In this document: positions 36,663-47,157 of the stretch, one piece after another
Position numbering within the stretch: the stretch's first letter is position 1
Layout: every line of letters starts with the position of its first letter
Virus record (IMG/VR): IMGVR_UViG_3300032268_001179
Origin: an uncultured virus (IMG/VR IMGVR_UViG_3300032268_001179)
Lineage: Duplodnaviria > Heunggongvirae > Uroviricota > Caudoviricetes
DNA length: 64,000 nt
Strand: one strand, 5' to 3'
The notes under the pieces: model-generated
Seen by the model: only the letters and a program-made list of their open reading frames with translations
What the model was told of the DNA's origin: nothing
The model's database searches: none
Made by a program: the position numbers and the translations under genes

Positions 36663-38777
36663 TTATAACTTTTTACCAAATGTTGGAAGAAACGTTAAAC
36701 CACCACCAGGTGAAGGAATGGGTACTGCAGTTTCGAGTTTTCCATTCTCGGATTCTTCTTTATCCACAGCTTTATTAGTCAATAACGTGTAAAGACCCAT
36801 CAAATTTGGAGATCCATCAGGGAGTGTTCCAGTTGGCATCCCAACACTTTGAAGTAGTTCGGTGGCATTTATTGTTGCCCTTTCTGGTGAATATCCTGGC
36901 AAAGCGCTAGATAAGGCTAAAAGCGGGAGAGGTATTTCGTTTTTGAAAGGTATATTGAATGTCTGACCAATTAAATTTAACAACTGTAATATATTATCTA
37001 ATAAACTTTTACATCTTCTATAATCATCTATAAGTTGTGCAACAACTACCGTAAGTTGGACTAATCTCACAATAATTGCATATTTTTTTAATTTTTTTGA
37101 TTTTTCAATGTCCTGAAGAATAAAACCTAATAAATTGACTATGTCTTTCTTTAGAATTTCATAAAGAACTTGAAGAAACTCTGCGTTGATTTTTGAAATA
37201 ACCTCAATTGCAAAAGTTTTGTATATTTTTAAAAAATCTGATCCACTACTAACAATATTACTCCCTTTTGCGTTGAGATTTGCTGCTTGGTTACCTAATT
37301 CATTTAAAGGAGCTATTGATTCATTAACTTCGGTTACCGCTTGATTGTAAGTGTAAGTTGCTCCTGATTGAACTATAGATAAAAGAGTATATAAAGGTAA
37401 AAGATTTTTAGGGGTAAGTACTGCCGCCGCAACAGCTAAAGGTATTTTTTTAATTACACTTTTATCTATCGATAATTTAAGATTTAAATTTGAAGGAGCA
37501 CTTACGGTCCAATCAGGATTATTAGAAATTGAATCAATAATTGTTTCTAAAGTGTTTACCTGTGCCTGAACTGTTTCATCAGGTTGGTCTTGTCTGAATT
37601 GAATCAATTGTGAAACCAAAGTTTCAGAGTCGACTGGAAGTTTTATGTTATCACAATCGATAAATTCCATAATTCCATTCTGAACATTTGATATTTCAGA
37701 ATCAATATTCCTTAAATCTATTTCATTCAACTCAAAAAAAGAATCGTCGACACCATCTAATTCCGCAACTTTAGCAACACCACTAACATCAATTTCTCTC
37801 CTATCATCAAAACACAAACCAAGTATCCTACTTACAAGTAAAAAAAATTTACTTTGGTTTTCTAAATTTCCAAAGCCTATTTCAGCGTTGTAACTCATCG
37901 CGCCAGATATTAAGTTTACTATTTGGGCTCCGATGTCTACAGTATCAACTAATTTTATAGTGCTATAGTAATCAGTTATAAATTCACCGACATTATTTGT
38001 GATGTTTTCACCGTTTTCTCTGTTGATTAAAATTACTCGATAATAATCTCCTGTAACGCCAAAACTATTAGTTTTTGTGTATTGAAGATCAAACAAATTT
38101 TGACCTGATTTTCCTGTATAGTTTTTCCCGTTGATCTGGCTGAAGGATCGATCTTGGTTAGAGGAATCCATCAATTGATACAACTGTTTGTTCATAGGGA
38201 AGTGAACTGGCCCTCCGTACGGAATAAATTCACTGTCTCCTGACGGCTCTGGTCTTTCGTAGTAAACTTTACCAAAGTTAGATGATGGGGATTGTTTTAA
38301 ATTTGCAAAGAAATCTACAGAATTTACAGGAATATAGATTCCTTCTTGTTGAGGTCTGAGTGGTAATGGTTGAATTTGTAAACTTTCGGCAGAGGTCCCT
38401 TCATAAGTTTGTTCAACAGAACAACCTAGAGCTTTAACCGTTTCTTCCTTAAGTATAGCCGAAAGTTTTGGCTCAATTTGAGCCGCGGCTTCTAATATTG
38501 CTTTTCTTAAATATCTTATGGTCGCTAACCCATTTCCTTGTGTTTGTCCCAAAAAACCAAGTAATTGGTCCATTGAGTTAGGAGGGTTTCTTTGAAATCT
38601 TTTTTGTAAAGCACTTATTTGGTCTAATCCACTGGAGATTGCGGATAACCCCTCAGAAGCTGAATTAGTCGTTTTACCCAAAAGACCTTTTTCTGATTGT
38701 GAAGTTTCTCTAAAGGTTTTGAAAGAATCAATTTTTGATGAAATCGATTGCTGTGTTGAAGTAATGTCTAATGGCAT
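36663..38777 (-). CDS. Large hypothetical protein, possibly tail/baseplate
   Basis: 704-aa ORF in a structural operon. Confidence 0.65.
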   Translation of the reverse strand: MPLDITSTQQSISSKIDSFKTFRETSQSEKGLLGKTTNSASEGLSAISSGLDQISALQKRFQRNPPNSMDQLLGFLGQTQGNGLATIRYLRKAILEAAAQIEPKLSAILKEETVKALGCSVEQTYEGTSAESLQIQPLPLRPQQEGIYIPVNSVDFFANLKQSPSSNFGKVYYERPEPSGDSEFIPYGGPVHFPMNKQLYQLMDSSNQDRSFSQINGKNYTGKSGQNLFDLQYTKTNSFGVTGDYYRVILINRENGENITNNVGEFITDYYSTIKLVDTVDIGAQIVNLISGAMSYNAEIGFGNLENQSKFFLLVSRILGLCFDDRREIDVSGVAKVAELDGVDDSFFELNEIDLRNIDSEISNVQNGIMEFIDCDNIKLPVDSETLVSQLIQFRQDQPDETVQAQVNTLETIIDSISNNPDWTVSAPSNLNLKLSIDKSVIKKIPLAVAAAVLTPKNLLPLYTLLSIVQSGATYTYNQAVTEVNESIAPLNELGNQAANLNAKGSNIVSSGSDFLKIYKTFAIEVISKINAEFLQVLYEILKKDIVNLLGFILQDIEKSKKLKKYAIIVRLVQLTVVVAQLIDDYRRCKSLLDNILQLLNLIGQTFNIPFKNEIPLPLLALSSALPGYSPERATINATELLQSVGMPTGTLPDGSPNLMGLYTLLTNKAVDKEESENGKLETAVPIPSPGGGLTFLPTFGKKL

Positions 38778-38779
38778 GA

Positions 38780-39145
38780 TTATCTCATTTTGTAAGATTC
38801 CTCGTCTTTGGAAACATCTTTTTCAATAAGATTTTGTATTAAATCATCATCTAAATCTGCAAGTGAGAATGATTCTTCTTTATTGTTCGATTTTTCCCAA
38901 ATACTTGATTGTAGTTTAGAAAGACTAATTTTTTTCTCTACACAGTCATTCACTATTTTTTGTTGTTTTTCAATTACAGGACCAATGGTAGTCATATCCG
39001 AAGGTTCTTTTAACATCGCCAACATTTTATTTTGGATTCTTATAGCGGTCTGTCTCTGTTCAACAAGTTCATTATATATTTCTTGCATCAGAGATAGGAT
39101 AGAATCTTTAGTGAAATTAATTTCTTTTCTTTGTGGTCTAGGCAT
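38780..39145 (-). CDS. Hypothetical coiled-coil protein
   Basis: 121 aa, ATG 4 nt after TATTTAT. Confidence 0.7.
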   Translation of the reverse strand: MPRPQRKEINFTKDSILSLMQEIYNELVEQRQTAIRIQNKMLAMLKEPSDMTTIGPVIEKQQKIVNDCVEKKISLSKLQSSIWEKSNNKEESFSLADLDDDLIQNLIEKDVSKDEESYKMR

Positions 39146-39164
39146 ATCTATAAATACCTTTTGA

Positions 39165-39911
39165 TCAATTTTTAATTTTTGCCTGTATTACAACGTAAAG
39201 TTTTTTGAATCTTTTGATAGAACTTCGAATTTCTTTAGTGCTCAGATTGGTCATTTCTCTTAATGAAAGTAAGATGACATTTTTGTTGAATTTGTTATTG
39301 TCCGCTCCTGAAAAAATAGTCTCGTAATTGTCAAAAAGATCAATAAGAGCATAACCTAACTTTTTCTCATTTTCGTTGAGGTTTTCAACTTCAATATATT
39401 CTTTTAATTCTAAGAGATAGTCATTTATGATTGATTCCGTTTCTACGGTATCATCATCAATTCTGTAAGACATATCAGGGTGGTCTTCTAAACTTGAAGA
39501 AATATCTTCGTATGAAATTTTACGATTCATTTCTTTTTGATCTTTGATTATTTGACCCATCAAATAATTTTTACAAATTGTCCCGAAGTATGAATACGCT
39601 TTCTTATTCTTATCTGGCTTGAATTTGTCAACTTTTGTCATCAAAAAAGAATGTGTATCAGTATGAATTTCTTCAAAATCCATATCTTTACGATATAACT
39701 TATATCTTCGTATGATTGAAGAAATCATTTTATCGAGAGGACCTCTTAAGAATTGATTATAAATTTTGTTCTTATCATAAGATGAAGTAGCTGTTAAAAA
39801 ATTTCTAACAGCTTCTTCTTCTCTAACATCAAAATAATTTTCCTTAACCGCTTTTCTTCCTCTTTTTTTTGACAAAACATCTTCTGTTTGTGCAGAGAGC
39901 GTGTCGGACAT
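39165..39911 (-). CDS. Late-transcription sigma factor (T4 gp55-like)
   Basis: NYFD..EEEAV, KFKPDKNKKAYSYFGTICKNYL matches the sigma region-2 F.P.K..(A/S)YF motif of gp55 homologs. Confidence 0.7.
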   Translation of the reverse strand: MSDTLSAQTEDVLSKKRGRKAVKENYFDVREEEAVRNFLTATSSYDKNKIYNQFLRGPLDKMISSIIRRYKLYRKDMDFEEIHTDTHSFLMTKVDKFKPDKNKKAYSYFGTICKNYLMGQIIKDQKEMNRKISYEDISSSLEDHPDMSYRIDDDTVETESIINDYLLELKEYIEVENLNENEKKLGYALIDLFDNYETIFSGADNNKFNKNVILLSLREMTNLSTKEIRSSIKRFKKLYVVIQAKIKN

Positions 39912-40718
39912 TTATACAGTTTCTGAATTATAATTTATTGACCTATCGTCAGTGAAGAAATATTCTCTCTTCGCGGTTTGAATCCAAAATTTAACTTCGT
40001 CCTCAATCATTTTTGATTCTCCGAATTTATAATTCCAAAAAATTGAACCTTCTCTCAAATTAACGTGCTTATATCCTAATCTTGGAATTGTCATAACAGC
40101 TACAGAGTTATATGTCATTCTGAGTAAAAATTCATAAATGAATGTGAGTTTTATTGATGGTTTAAAACCACCAAAATCTTCGATGATTGATTTCTTGAAA
40201 ACAGAACCTGCGGTTTGAAAGTTTTGATAATCTTGTAATGTATCATTAGTCAGAATACCCATTTCTTGAGAAAAGTTTGCGGCAAAGGTTGCTTCATTAG
40301 TAAATCCTGCAAATAACCCTTTTTCGTCAGTTTCAACAACTACAGGTAAAAACATCTGAACTTCAGGAAATGATTCGACGTATTTTTTTACGTTTTTAAA
40401 CCAAATAGAAGAGTATTCGTCATCAAACTCAAACAAAGAAACCCAAGTTCCTTTTGCATTTTTTATTCCGTAATTGACTTGGTTTGCGTAGCTGGGTTCT
40501 TCCTCCCAAACCAATTTAGTTACATTCAAGTCTCCAAAATCATAACCATTCAAATGGTTAATTAGTGATTCCTCTTGAGTGTGAACAATCACTAGTTCTT
40601 CAAAAGGGACTTGTTGATTTTTGAGTGAGGTTATTGCTTTTTCAAAATATTCGTCAAAATCCTTAGCTTTTGCTGATTTAATAGGTAATATAACCGAAAG
40701 GGAAAGTGTATTGTTCAT
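39912..40718 (-). CDS. GT2 (GT-A) glycosyltransferase
   Basis: LSVILPI, ELVIV, NYGIKNAKGTWVSLFEFDD. Confidence 0.8.
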   Translation of the reverse strand: MNNTLSLSVILPIKSAKAKDFDEYFEKAITSLKNQQVPFEELVIVHTQEESLINHLNGYDFGDLNVTKLVWEEEPSYANQVNYGIKNAKGTWVSLFEFDDEYSSIWFKNVKKYVESFPEVQMFLPVVVETDEKGLFAGFTNEATFAANFSQEMGILTNDTLQDYQNFQTAGSVFKKSIIEDFGGFKPSIKLTFIYEFLLRMTYNSVAVMTIPRLGYKHVNLREGSIFWNYKFGESKMIEDEVKFWIQTAKREYFFTDDRSINYNSETV

Positions 40719-40719
40719 A

Positions 40720-41772
40720 TTATTCTTCTGTTTTGGAAATTTGGTTTTCGAATGAATCGGCTCTAATCGTTAAATATCCTTCAAAAAGGTCTACAACAGC
40801 GGATTCAAACTTTTGTTTATCTGAGTATCTTTCTACAGTTTTTTTCATTTCTTCATAAATCTTTGGATCAATATTATCTTCTAACCAATTTTGAATATAG
40901 TCCGCAACTAAATCAGGGAAAAGAGTTTGATCTGTGATCCAAATTCCGTTTTCTTCATTCATCCAATCAGGTTGTAAATTTGGAACTTTACCAATTACAG
41001 GAACTCCTGTTTTCATTGATTCCAATGGGAAGGTCCCAAATCCACTGTGATCATCGATCCACACACTCAAAAAACAATCTCTAAGGGAATTTGCAAATTC
41101 TTTTTCTGATAGACCTCTTAGATCTCTGAATGTGAACCATCTATACTGTGGAAATTTTAGATAGAAAGTTTTAATCAAATTTATGGCGTCACTTTGTTCT
41201 TTTGCATGAACACCAATAATTGGCATCGCAGGTGTATTTTTAGGATGAAATTCTTCTGTAATATACGGTTCGACAATATCGAAGGATATTTGTCTCATAA
41301 CCCTTTCAATGTATTCTTTTTGACGACTTGAAGTGGTTATGCATTTGTAAAATCCGAATTGATTCCATGTCTGACCTGGCTGTAAAGTTTCTAACATATG
41401 AGCATATTGCTGAGTTATAACAATTTTAGCACAAGGTAATTGTTTTACTTGTTCCATAACAAAACCGAATACTTCGGGAATTACCAAAAAGTCTTCAGGA
41501 GAAATTTCTAAGTTCTGACCTTCAATGGATTTGTGAGGGATTGACATATATTCTTCGTCTAACCAAGCAACAACGCCAGCATAATCCGCCTTTTCATGTA
41601 ATATAATTGGATTGAATGATTTGTCTTTTAATGCCTTTGCCATCTGATATATAAACCTAACAGAGGCTTTTGCATTTCCTTTTGTATCTTGAACTAAAAA
41701 GTATATTCTAGCATTTTTTTCTCTGAGAGTTTGGATGGATTGTAATACTTTGTCTTGTAATTGATTTTCCAT
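40720..41772 (-). CDS. GT-B (GT4-like) glycosyltransferase
   Basis: SGFGTFPLESMKTGVPVIG, an EX7E-like region. Confidence 0.75.
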   Translation of the reverse strand: MENQLQDKVLQSIQTLREKNARIYFLVQDTKGNAKASVRFIYQMAKALKDKSFNPIILHEKADYAGVVAWLDEEYMSIPHKSIEGQNLEISPEDFLVIPEVFGFVMEQVKQLPCAKIVITQQYAHMLETLQPGQTWNQFGFYKCITTSSRQKEYIERVMRQISFDIVEPYITEEFHPKNTPAMPIIGVHAKEQSDAINLIKTFYLKFPQYRWFTFRDLRGLSEKEFANSLRDCFLSVWIDDHSGFGTFPLESMKTGVPVIGKVPNLQPDWMNEENGIWITDQTLFPDLVADYIQNWLEDNIDPKIYEEMKKTVERYSDKQKFESAVVDLFEGYLTIRADSFENQISKTEE

Positions 41773-41773
41773 A

Positions 41774-42046
41774 TTAGTAATGATTGATTAATTTTTGATT
41801 TAATAAACTGTTGAACGCTAGCTTAAACGGGATACTCAAATTTGAATTGGATTTTAATCCAAGTTTTTCGTCGACAACTTCTTGTTCAGTCAAAACGGTT
41901 TCCAATAACATTTTCACCATTTCAAATTTGATAATGTTAATTCTTGATTCAGTATCCCCTGACTGATTTTCTTTATTTCCAATATCTATATATTTTTCTA
42001 TTTGATCAAGGTCTATATAGTAATTTTCACCCCATAGTTGTATCAT
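41774..42046 (-). CDS. Hypothetical protein
   Basis: 90-aa ORF in operon. Confidence 0.7.
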   Translation of the reverse strand: MIQLWGENYYIDLDQIEKYIDIGNKENQSGDTESRINIIKFEMVKMLLETVLTEQEVVDEKLGLKSNSNLSIPFKLAFNSLLNQKLINHY

Positions 42047-42633
42047 AATATTTCCTCTATTTTATTTTTAAGCAGTTTCAAACTATCTATTGAATGCTCC
42101 GTTTTAATATCCTTATTATAAATTGTATCAAATTTTATGACAATTTTATCTTCAGGATGATTTAATAATAAATTAGGATTCGCAGTAAGTAAAACGTCAA
42201 CGGACCCCCACAAAGAATTTATTGTGCTTTCACTATAAAATTTTACACATTCAACTAAGCAACCAAATTTAGATATAAAAAATAATGAAGCTGGTTTCGA
42301 TTTTCCAATTTCATCTGAGACAATCAATATTTCGTGATTTTCTCTCATATCCAAATAGAATTCGTTCAAATCGAGTAATCCCATTGGTTCGACTGAACCT
42401 GCGTGACCAAAAATTTCCATCGTATGTTCTTTATATAAAAAATCATACAACTCATCTTCATCTTTGAATTTAAGGTGAGCTTTAATATCCAAAGATGTTA
42501 AGTCTGAAATAACTTGATATTCAAAATCTGTCTCCTCTTTGAATGGATTTTCTATATACCATTTTTCATATTCTTGTTGGATTTTTTTCAAGGTATCCCT
42601 CAAAACTCCATTAAGTTCTATTCCGATTCTCAT
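42043..42633 (-). CDS. HAD-fold 5'(3')-nucleotidase-like protein with degenerate DxD
   Basis: MRIGIELNGVLRD corresponds to IGIDxDGVL with D changed to E/N. Confidence 0.55.
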   Translation of the reverse strand: MRIGIELNGVLRDTLKKIQQEYEKWYIENPFKEETDFEYQVISDLTSLDIKAHLKFKDEDELYDFLYKEHTMEIFGHAGSVEPMGLLDLNEFYLDMRENHEILIVSDEIGKSKPASLFFISKFGCLVECVKFYSESTINSLWGSVDVLLTANPNLLLNHPEDKIVIKFDTIYNKDIKTEHSIDSLKLLKNKIEEIL

Positions 42634-43364
42634 TCTTCGTATTTTTCTAGTATTTTAGAAATCAACGGATTTCTTACTATGTCATTAACTTTGAATTCAA
42701 AAACCCCAATATCATTCATATTCTGAAACTTTTTGAGAGCGTCCCAAAGCCCAGTTTGAGTTTTATCTTTATGTCTGTCAAATTGTTCCAAATCTCCTGA
42801 AATAAAGAATTTGGAATTAAATCCTATTCTCGTCAACAACAGTTTCATTTGACTAGGCGTTGAATTTTGAGATTCTTCAAATATTAAAATTGAATTGTCA
42901 ATATTCATTCCTCTCATATAAGCTAACGCAAAAACTTCTATCGCTTCTATCTCTTTCAGTTTTTCTCTCGATTCTTTCCCAATAATTTTGTTAAGAAGAT
43001 AATATGATGGAAATATATAAGGATCTAATTTTTCTTCCACACCACCTGGAAGACTACCAAGTTTTTCTTCAGCTTCTACCGCTGGTCTTACAATAATAAT
43101 TTTTTCATAAGGCGTGTTTGGATCAGAAAGTAAATCAACTGCACATTTCATCGCAATATAACTTTTTCCTACACCAGCAGGTCCTGAACAAATACTAATT
43201 TGGTTGTTAACTAACTTTTCGTAATATTCTTTTTGACTTTCGGATAAAAACTTTTCTTTAGTTTTTCGTTTAATTATTGAACAGATTTGTTGTTTTTTAT
43301 TTTTAATCGGAGCCTCTTCACTAAGTAAAGTTGCTGTTGGTTTTGGTTTCGTTAATCTACCCAT
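42630..43364 (-). CDS. phoH: PhoH-family ATPase
   Basis: GPAGVGKS, RPAVEAEEKLGSLPG, LAYMRG, EESQN, GDLEQ, IVRNPL. Confidence 0.95.
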   Translation of the reverse strand: MGRLTKPKPTATLLSEEAPIKNKKQQICSIIKRKTKEKFLSESQKEYYEKLVNNQISICSGPAGVGKSYIAMKCAVDLLSDPNTPYEKIIIVRPAVEAEEKLGSLPGGVEEKLDPYIFPSYYLLNKIIGKESREKLKEIEAIEVFALAYMRGMNIDNSILIFEESQNSTPSQMKLLLTRIGFNSKFFISGDLEQFDRHKDKTQTGLWDALKKFQNMNDIGVFEFKVNDIVRNPLISKILEKYEE

Positions 43365-43370
43365 GTTTAG

Positions 43371-44465
43371 TTATTTAACTTTATGTCTATCTACAGTTCC
43401 TAACTCTCTTTTATAAATTGTATCTCCCCCATCTGGACTTTCATAAATCCATAATGTCTCATTTTGTTTTTTATCAACTTGAGCCTTTATCCATTGATAG
43501 GTTTTCTTTAATCCTACGGATAGAGGCTGACTTACCTCCCATCCAATTTTTTCTCTATATAACTGATTATCTGAATTTCTACCTTTTACTCCTAACGGGC
43601 ACTTGAAACCATACTTAGTTACAAATTCTTCTCCTTCAATATTTTTTATTTTAATATCTTTCTCAGCAATTGAAATTGCCATTGACGCGAGTTGATTTAT
43701 TGTAACCATTTCTTCACTACCGATATTCACAGGCCCTAAGAAATCAGACTCCATAAGTCTCAACACTGCTTCAACACATTCATCTACATATAAGAATGAT
43801 CTTGTTTGTAGTCCATTACCCCAAACTTCGATTTCTCCACCATTTTCGGTTTCAGCCGCTTTACGACACATTGCTGCTGGTGATTTTTCTCTTCCACCAA
43901 TCCAAGTTCCCTGTGGTCCAAATATATTGTGGAAACGAGCAACTCTTACATCCAATCCATAGTTTCTATTGAAGGCAAGATATAATCTCTCAGAAAAAAG
44001 TTTCTCCCATCCATATTCAGAATCAGGGTTCGCTGGGTATGCTGATGATTCTTCACAATTTGGATTTTCGGGGTCCAACTGATTATGTTCAGGGTACATA
44101 CATGCTGAAGATGAATAAAATAGTTTTCCAACCTTTTTCTTGACAGCTTCACGAGCGACATTCAAGTTGATTGTTGCCGAATTATACATAACATCGGCAT
44201 CGTGTTCTCCTGTGAAGATATATAGAGCTCCACCCATATCCGCGGCCAATTGATAAACTTCATCAACACCTTCTTCGATAACGAGTTCAACTACCTTTGG
44301 ATCTGTCAAATCTCCAAGAATAAATTCGTGACAAATTTCATCCTGATAGAAATATTCGTGTTTTTTAATATCACATATTCTTACGTGATTACCTTCTTCT
44401 TTTAATCTTTTGGCAAGGTGTCCACCTATGAACCCTCCTCCACCTAATACTACAATTTTTTTCAT
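43371..44465 (-). CDS. GDP-mannose 3,5-epimerase-like NAD-dependent epimerase
   Basis: GGGGFIG, LAADMGG, YSSSACMYP, YGWEK, GGREKSPAAMCRK (GME Cys/Lys pair). Confidence 0.85.
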   Translation of the reverse strand: MKKIVVLGGGGFIGGHLAKRLKEEGNHVRICDIKKHEYFYQDEICHEFILGDLTDPKVVELVIEEGVDEVYQLAADMGGALYIFTGEHDADVMYNSATINLNVAREAVKKKVGKLFYSSSACMYPEHNQLDPENPNCEESSAYPANPDSEYGWEKLFSERLYLAFNRNYGLDVRVARFHNIFGPQGTWIGGREKSPAAMCRKAAETENGGEIEVWGNGLQTRSFLYVDECVEAVLRLMESDFLGPVNIGSEEMVTINQLASMAISIAEKDIKIKNIEGEEFVTKYGFKCPLGVKGRNSDNQLYREKIGWEVSQPLSVGLKKTYQWIKAQVDKKQNETLWIYESPDGGDTIYKRELGTVDRHKVK

Positions 44466-45400
44466 TGTTCAAAATATTTTTGGTATATGTTGAAATATTC
44501 AACTGTTTTCTCTGGAAGTAAACTCATATAGTCTTTTAGGTTGTCTAAAAGGTTTAATGTGTTTCTATACCCTATAACTTCATTTTCTAAGTTTTTCACT
44601 AAATCCTGTGGATTTCTTGCTTGATAAACTGTTGCTTTATTGAATAGAACTGAATTAGGAAAATGATATTGCATTACGTATGCCCCCCAAATATCGTCCA
44701 TTCTACCTGTATATGGGAATACTGAGTAATACTTTAAAACACTTCTGTGTAGGAATGTGTTTTGTGAATTGAATGGAGTGAGTTGATTTGTTGTGAATGG
44801 TTCAAAGTGGTTAAACTTTACAATAGGTTTTTTACTTAATCTACAAATTGCATCAATGTCAGGATCACCATCCCAAAATTCAGCTTGAACCAATGGAGTT
44901 ATTTTTGTTTTCCCTTTATATTCGATATTGTTTTTCACTTGAAGATATTCGATTGGAAATCCTCTGTGCCATAGATCATTGTGTTCGGTTGTTGATATTG
45001 CATCGAAATAAGGACAAGATGTATTTTCATATAAATCGACTTCGATTTCTTTCCCAATCATAATGTCGTCACCCCAACATTCATATGGGATATTGTCATC
45101 ATCAACTGTTGCCACAACATCAGCACCTTGTTCATATGCGTAAACAAACCCGATATTTCTTCTTTGTATAGTTTTCCATCCGATGATATCAGATAATTCA
45201 GGATATAACTCTGATTGAGTTACTGGCGGTAAATAAGTAACATTTTGATAAATGGATTCTAAATTGTGATATTCTTCATGTGGGGTTTTTGTATCCCCAA
45301 CGATCACAAATTGAAAATCTTTTTTATCGGCAATTTCACAAAATTTAATAGTTGCCTCCGTAGGATAATTAATTGTTGTTGTAATAATAAATTTTTTCAT
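44462..45400 (-). CDS. STELLO/DUF288 (GT75-related) glycosyltransferase-like protein
   Basis: TTTIN, VGDTKTP, RRNIGF, DDDN, RGFP, DPDIDA, PFNSQNT, RMDDIWG. Confidence 0.75.
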   Translation of the reverse strand: MKKFIITTTINYPTEATIKFCEIADKKDFQFVIVGDTKTPHEEYHNLESIYQNVTYLPPVTQSELYPELSDIIGWKTIQRRNIGFVYAYEQGADVVATVDDDNIPYECWGDDIMIGKEIEVDLYENTSCPYFDAISTTEHNDLWHRGFPIEYLQVKNNIEYKGKTKITPLVQAEFWDGDPDIDAICRLSKKPIVKFNHFEPFTTNQLTPFNSQNTFLHRSVLKYYSVFPYTGRMDDIWGAYVMQYHFPNSVLFNKATVYQARNPQDLVKNLENEVIGYRNTLNLLDNLKDYMSLLPEKTVEYFNIYQKYFEQ

Positions 45401-46119
45401 AAGTAGTTTGAGTAAGTTAATGATGAACCTTTAACCCGAGTATTAAATCTATCGGTTTTTTCACTGGTCCTATGATTATGGTATGTTGGGTATTTGAGTA
45501 CTGCAGCTTTAGGATCAAAATCCGCCTCAAAAATTTTGGTAAGGAAACAATTTTCACCTCCTTGAGTTCCTAAATAACAATCTCCTTCTTGTATGGGTTT
45601 CTTAGTTTTCCATGACCAACCACAATGAGCATTGATTGCATAACTCTTAATACTCTCATCATCTTGAAACCAACTCGGGTCAAGAATTCCGTCTCTGTTG
45701 AATAACACTAATCCATCATTTTCTGATAATTGATATGCTTGAGGATTTTGTCCAATTTCTGGATCTCTCATTGATCGATTAGTAAACAATACAAACCAAT
45801 TCTCTTCACAATTATAATCTGAAATCTCATCTCCAAATGTTGTATCCGAATTTGCAAAAAACTTATAATCTTCATCTGAAGAAACTTCATTTGTAAAATC
45901 ATAAAGATCTTTCATTGAAATCCCATATTGACGATCAAGATTATGAATAATAATCTTTTCAGAATTAAATTCTACGAACGCTTCATAATCGGCGGGCTCT
46001 TGGCACCAAACATGAATTACATCAAAATACTTTGAGTTCCATCTCAAAGTGTTTTTGACTTCATTCAGTCTATCGACAGTTTTATATCTGAAACCATCTA
46101 TACTTAATATTTTTCTCAT
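45397..46119 (-). CDS. Hypothetical protein, possible GT-A fold
   Basis: FANSD motif and C-terminal YHNH. Confidence 0.5.
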   Translation of the reverse strand: MRKILSIDGFRYKTVDRLNEVKNTLRWNSKYFDVIHVWCQEPADYEAFVEFNSEKIIIHNLDRQYGISMKDLYDFTNEVSSDEDYKFFANSDTTFGDEISDYNCEENWFVLFTNRSMRDPEIGQNPQAYQLSENDGLVLFNRDGILDPSWFQDDESIKSYAINAHCGWSWKTKKPIQEGDCYLGTQGGENCFLTKIFEADFDPKAAVLKYPTYHNHRTSEKTDRFNTRVKGSSLTYSNYL

Positions 46120-46122
46120 AAA

Positions 46123-47157
46123 TTAGTTATTTGTTATAATACATTTTAATACTTCATCTTTGTAATTTGCGACTATATCAAATGCTTTCTGTATGTTTTC
46201 AAACTCAAATTCATGACTAATAATTTTTTCAATTTCAACATCGTTTGTGTAGTTTTTCACACAATCCTCCAAAGTTTGATTAGATCTACGAACGTTTTTT
46301 ATAGTTAATTCTTTTGTTCTCATTCTGTGAGGGTTGTATGACACAAAATCGGATTCAGGAATCCCTATTAGGGCGACCCTACCATTTACCGCTGCTACGT
46401 TGATACACCCGTCAATTGATTCGGTAGTTCCTCCAGTATCGAAAGTAAGGGTTGTTCCCATACCATTTGTTAATTCTTTTATTTTTTTACTATAATCGTC
46501 CGCCAATAAAAACGATTCTGTCGCTCCTAATTTTTTTGCAAATTCAACTCTATACGGGAGTTTGTCAATCATATAAATTTCTGTTAATCCCATTTTTTTC
46601 AAGATTGAAAACATACAAAGTCCAATAGGGCCTGACCCAAAAATTGTTGCGGACTCCGTAAATTTAGGGTCAACTAAATTTGCAGTATGTAAACAAACTC
46701 CAAGAGGTTCCAATAAGCTTGCTAAATTGAATGACATCGTATCAGGGATTTTAGCAAGTTGAAGTTCCTCAACGACAACATAATCAGCAAAAGCTCCTTG
46801 AGAGTTTGCTCCCATGAAAGTTCCTTTTTCGCACAAATTATGTTTACCCTTCATCGACCAATAGGATGAAATACATGGCATTCCTGGCTCAACTGCGACT
46901 CTATCACCATTTTTGAATTTAGAAGATCCATTCGAATCAACAACCACACCCGATGGTTCGTGCCCCATATACATTGGAAGTGGATTTTTAAATGACCCCA
47001 AACCTCCTTCTTTGAAATAATGCATATCAGACCCACATATACCTACGGATTTCATTGCAACAAGAAGTTGCCCGTCTTTTAATTTAGGAACTTCCTCTTC
47101 AAAAATTTCAATTTTTCGTATTTGAACTAATTTTGCTACTCTATTTTTCATATTCAA
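46123..47157 (-). CDS. Zinc-dependent polyol/sugar dehydrogenase (MDR family)
   Basis: GICGSDMH, GHEPSG, GDRVAVEP, EPL, GSGPIG. Confidence 0.9.
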   Translation of the reverse strand: MNMKNRVAKLVQIRKIEIFEEEVPKLKDGQLLVAMKSVGICGSDMHYFKEGGLGSFKNPLPMYMGHEPSGVVVDSNGSSKFKNGDRVAVEPGMPCISSYWSMKGKHNLCEKGTFMGANSQGAFADYVVVEELQLAKIPDTMSFNLASLLEPLGVCLHTANLVDPKFTESATIFGSGPIGLCMFSILKKMGLTEIYMIDKLPYRVEFAKKLGATESFLLADDYSKKIKELTNGMGTTLTFDTGGTTESIDGCINVAAVNGRVALIGIPESDFVSYNPHRMRTKELTIKNVRRSNQTLEDCVKNYTNDVEIEKIISHEFEFENIQKAFDIVANYKDEVLKCIITNN

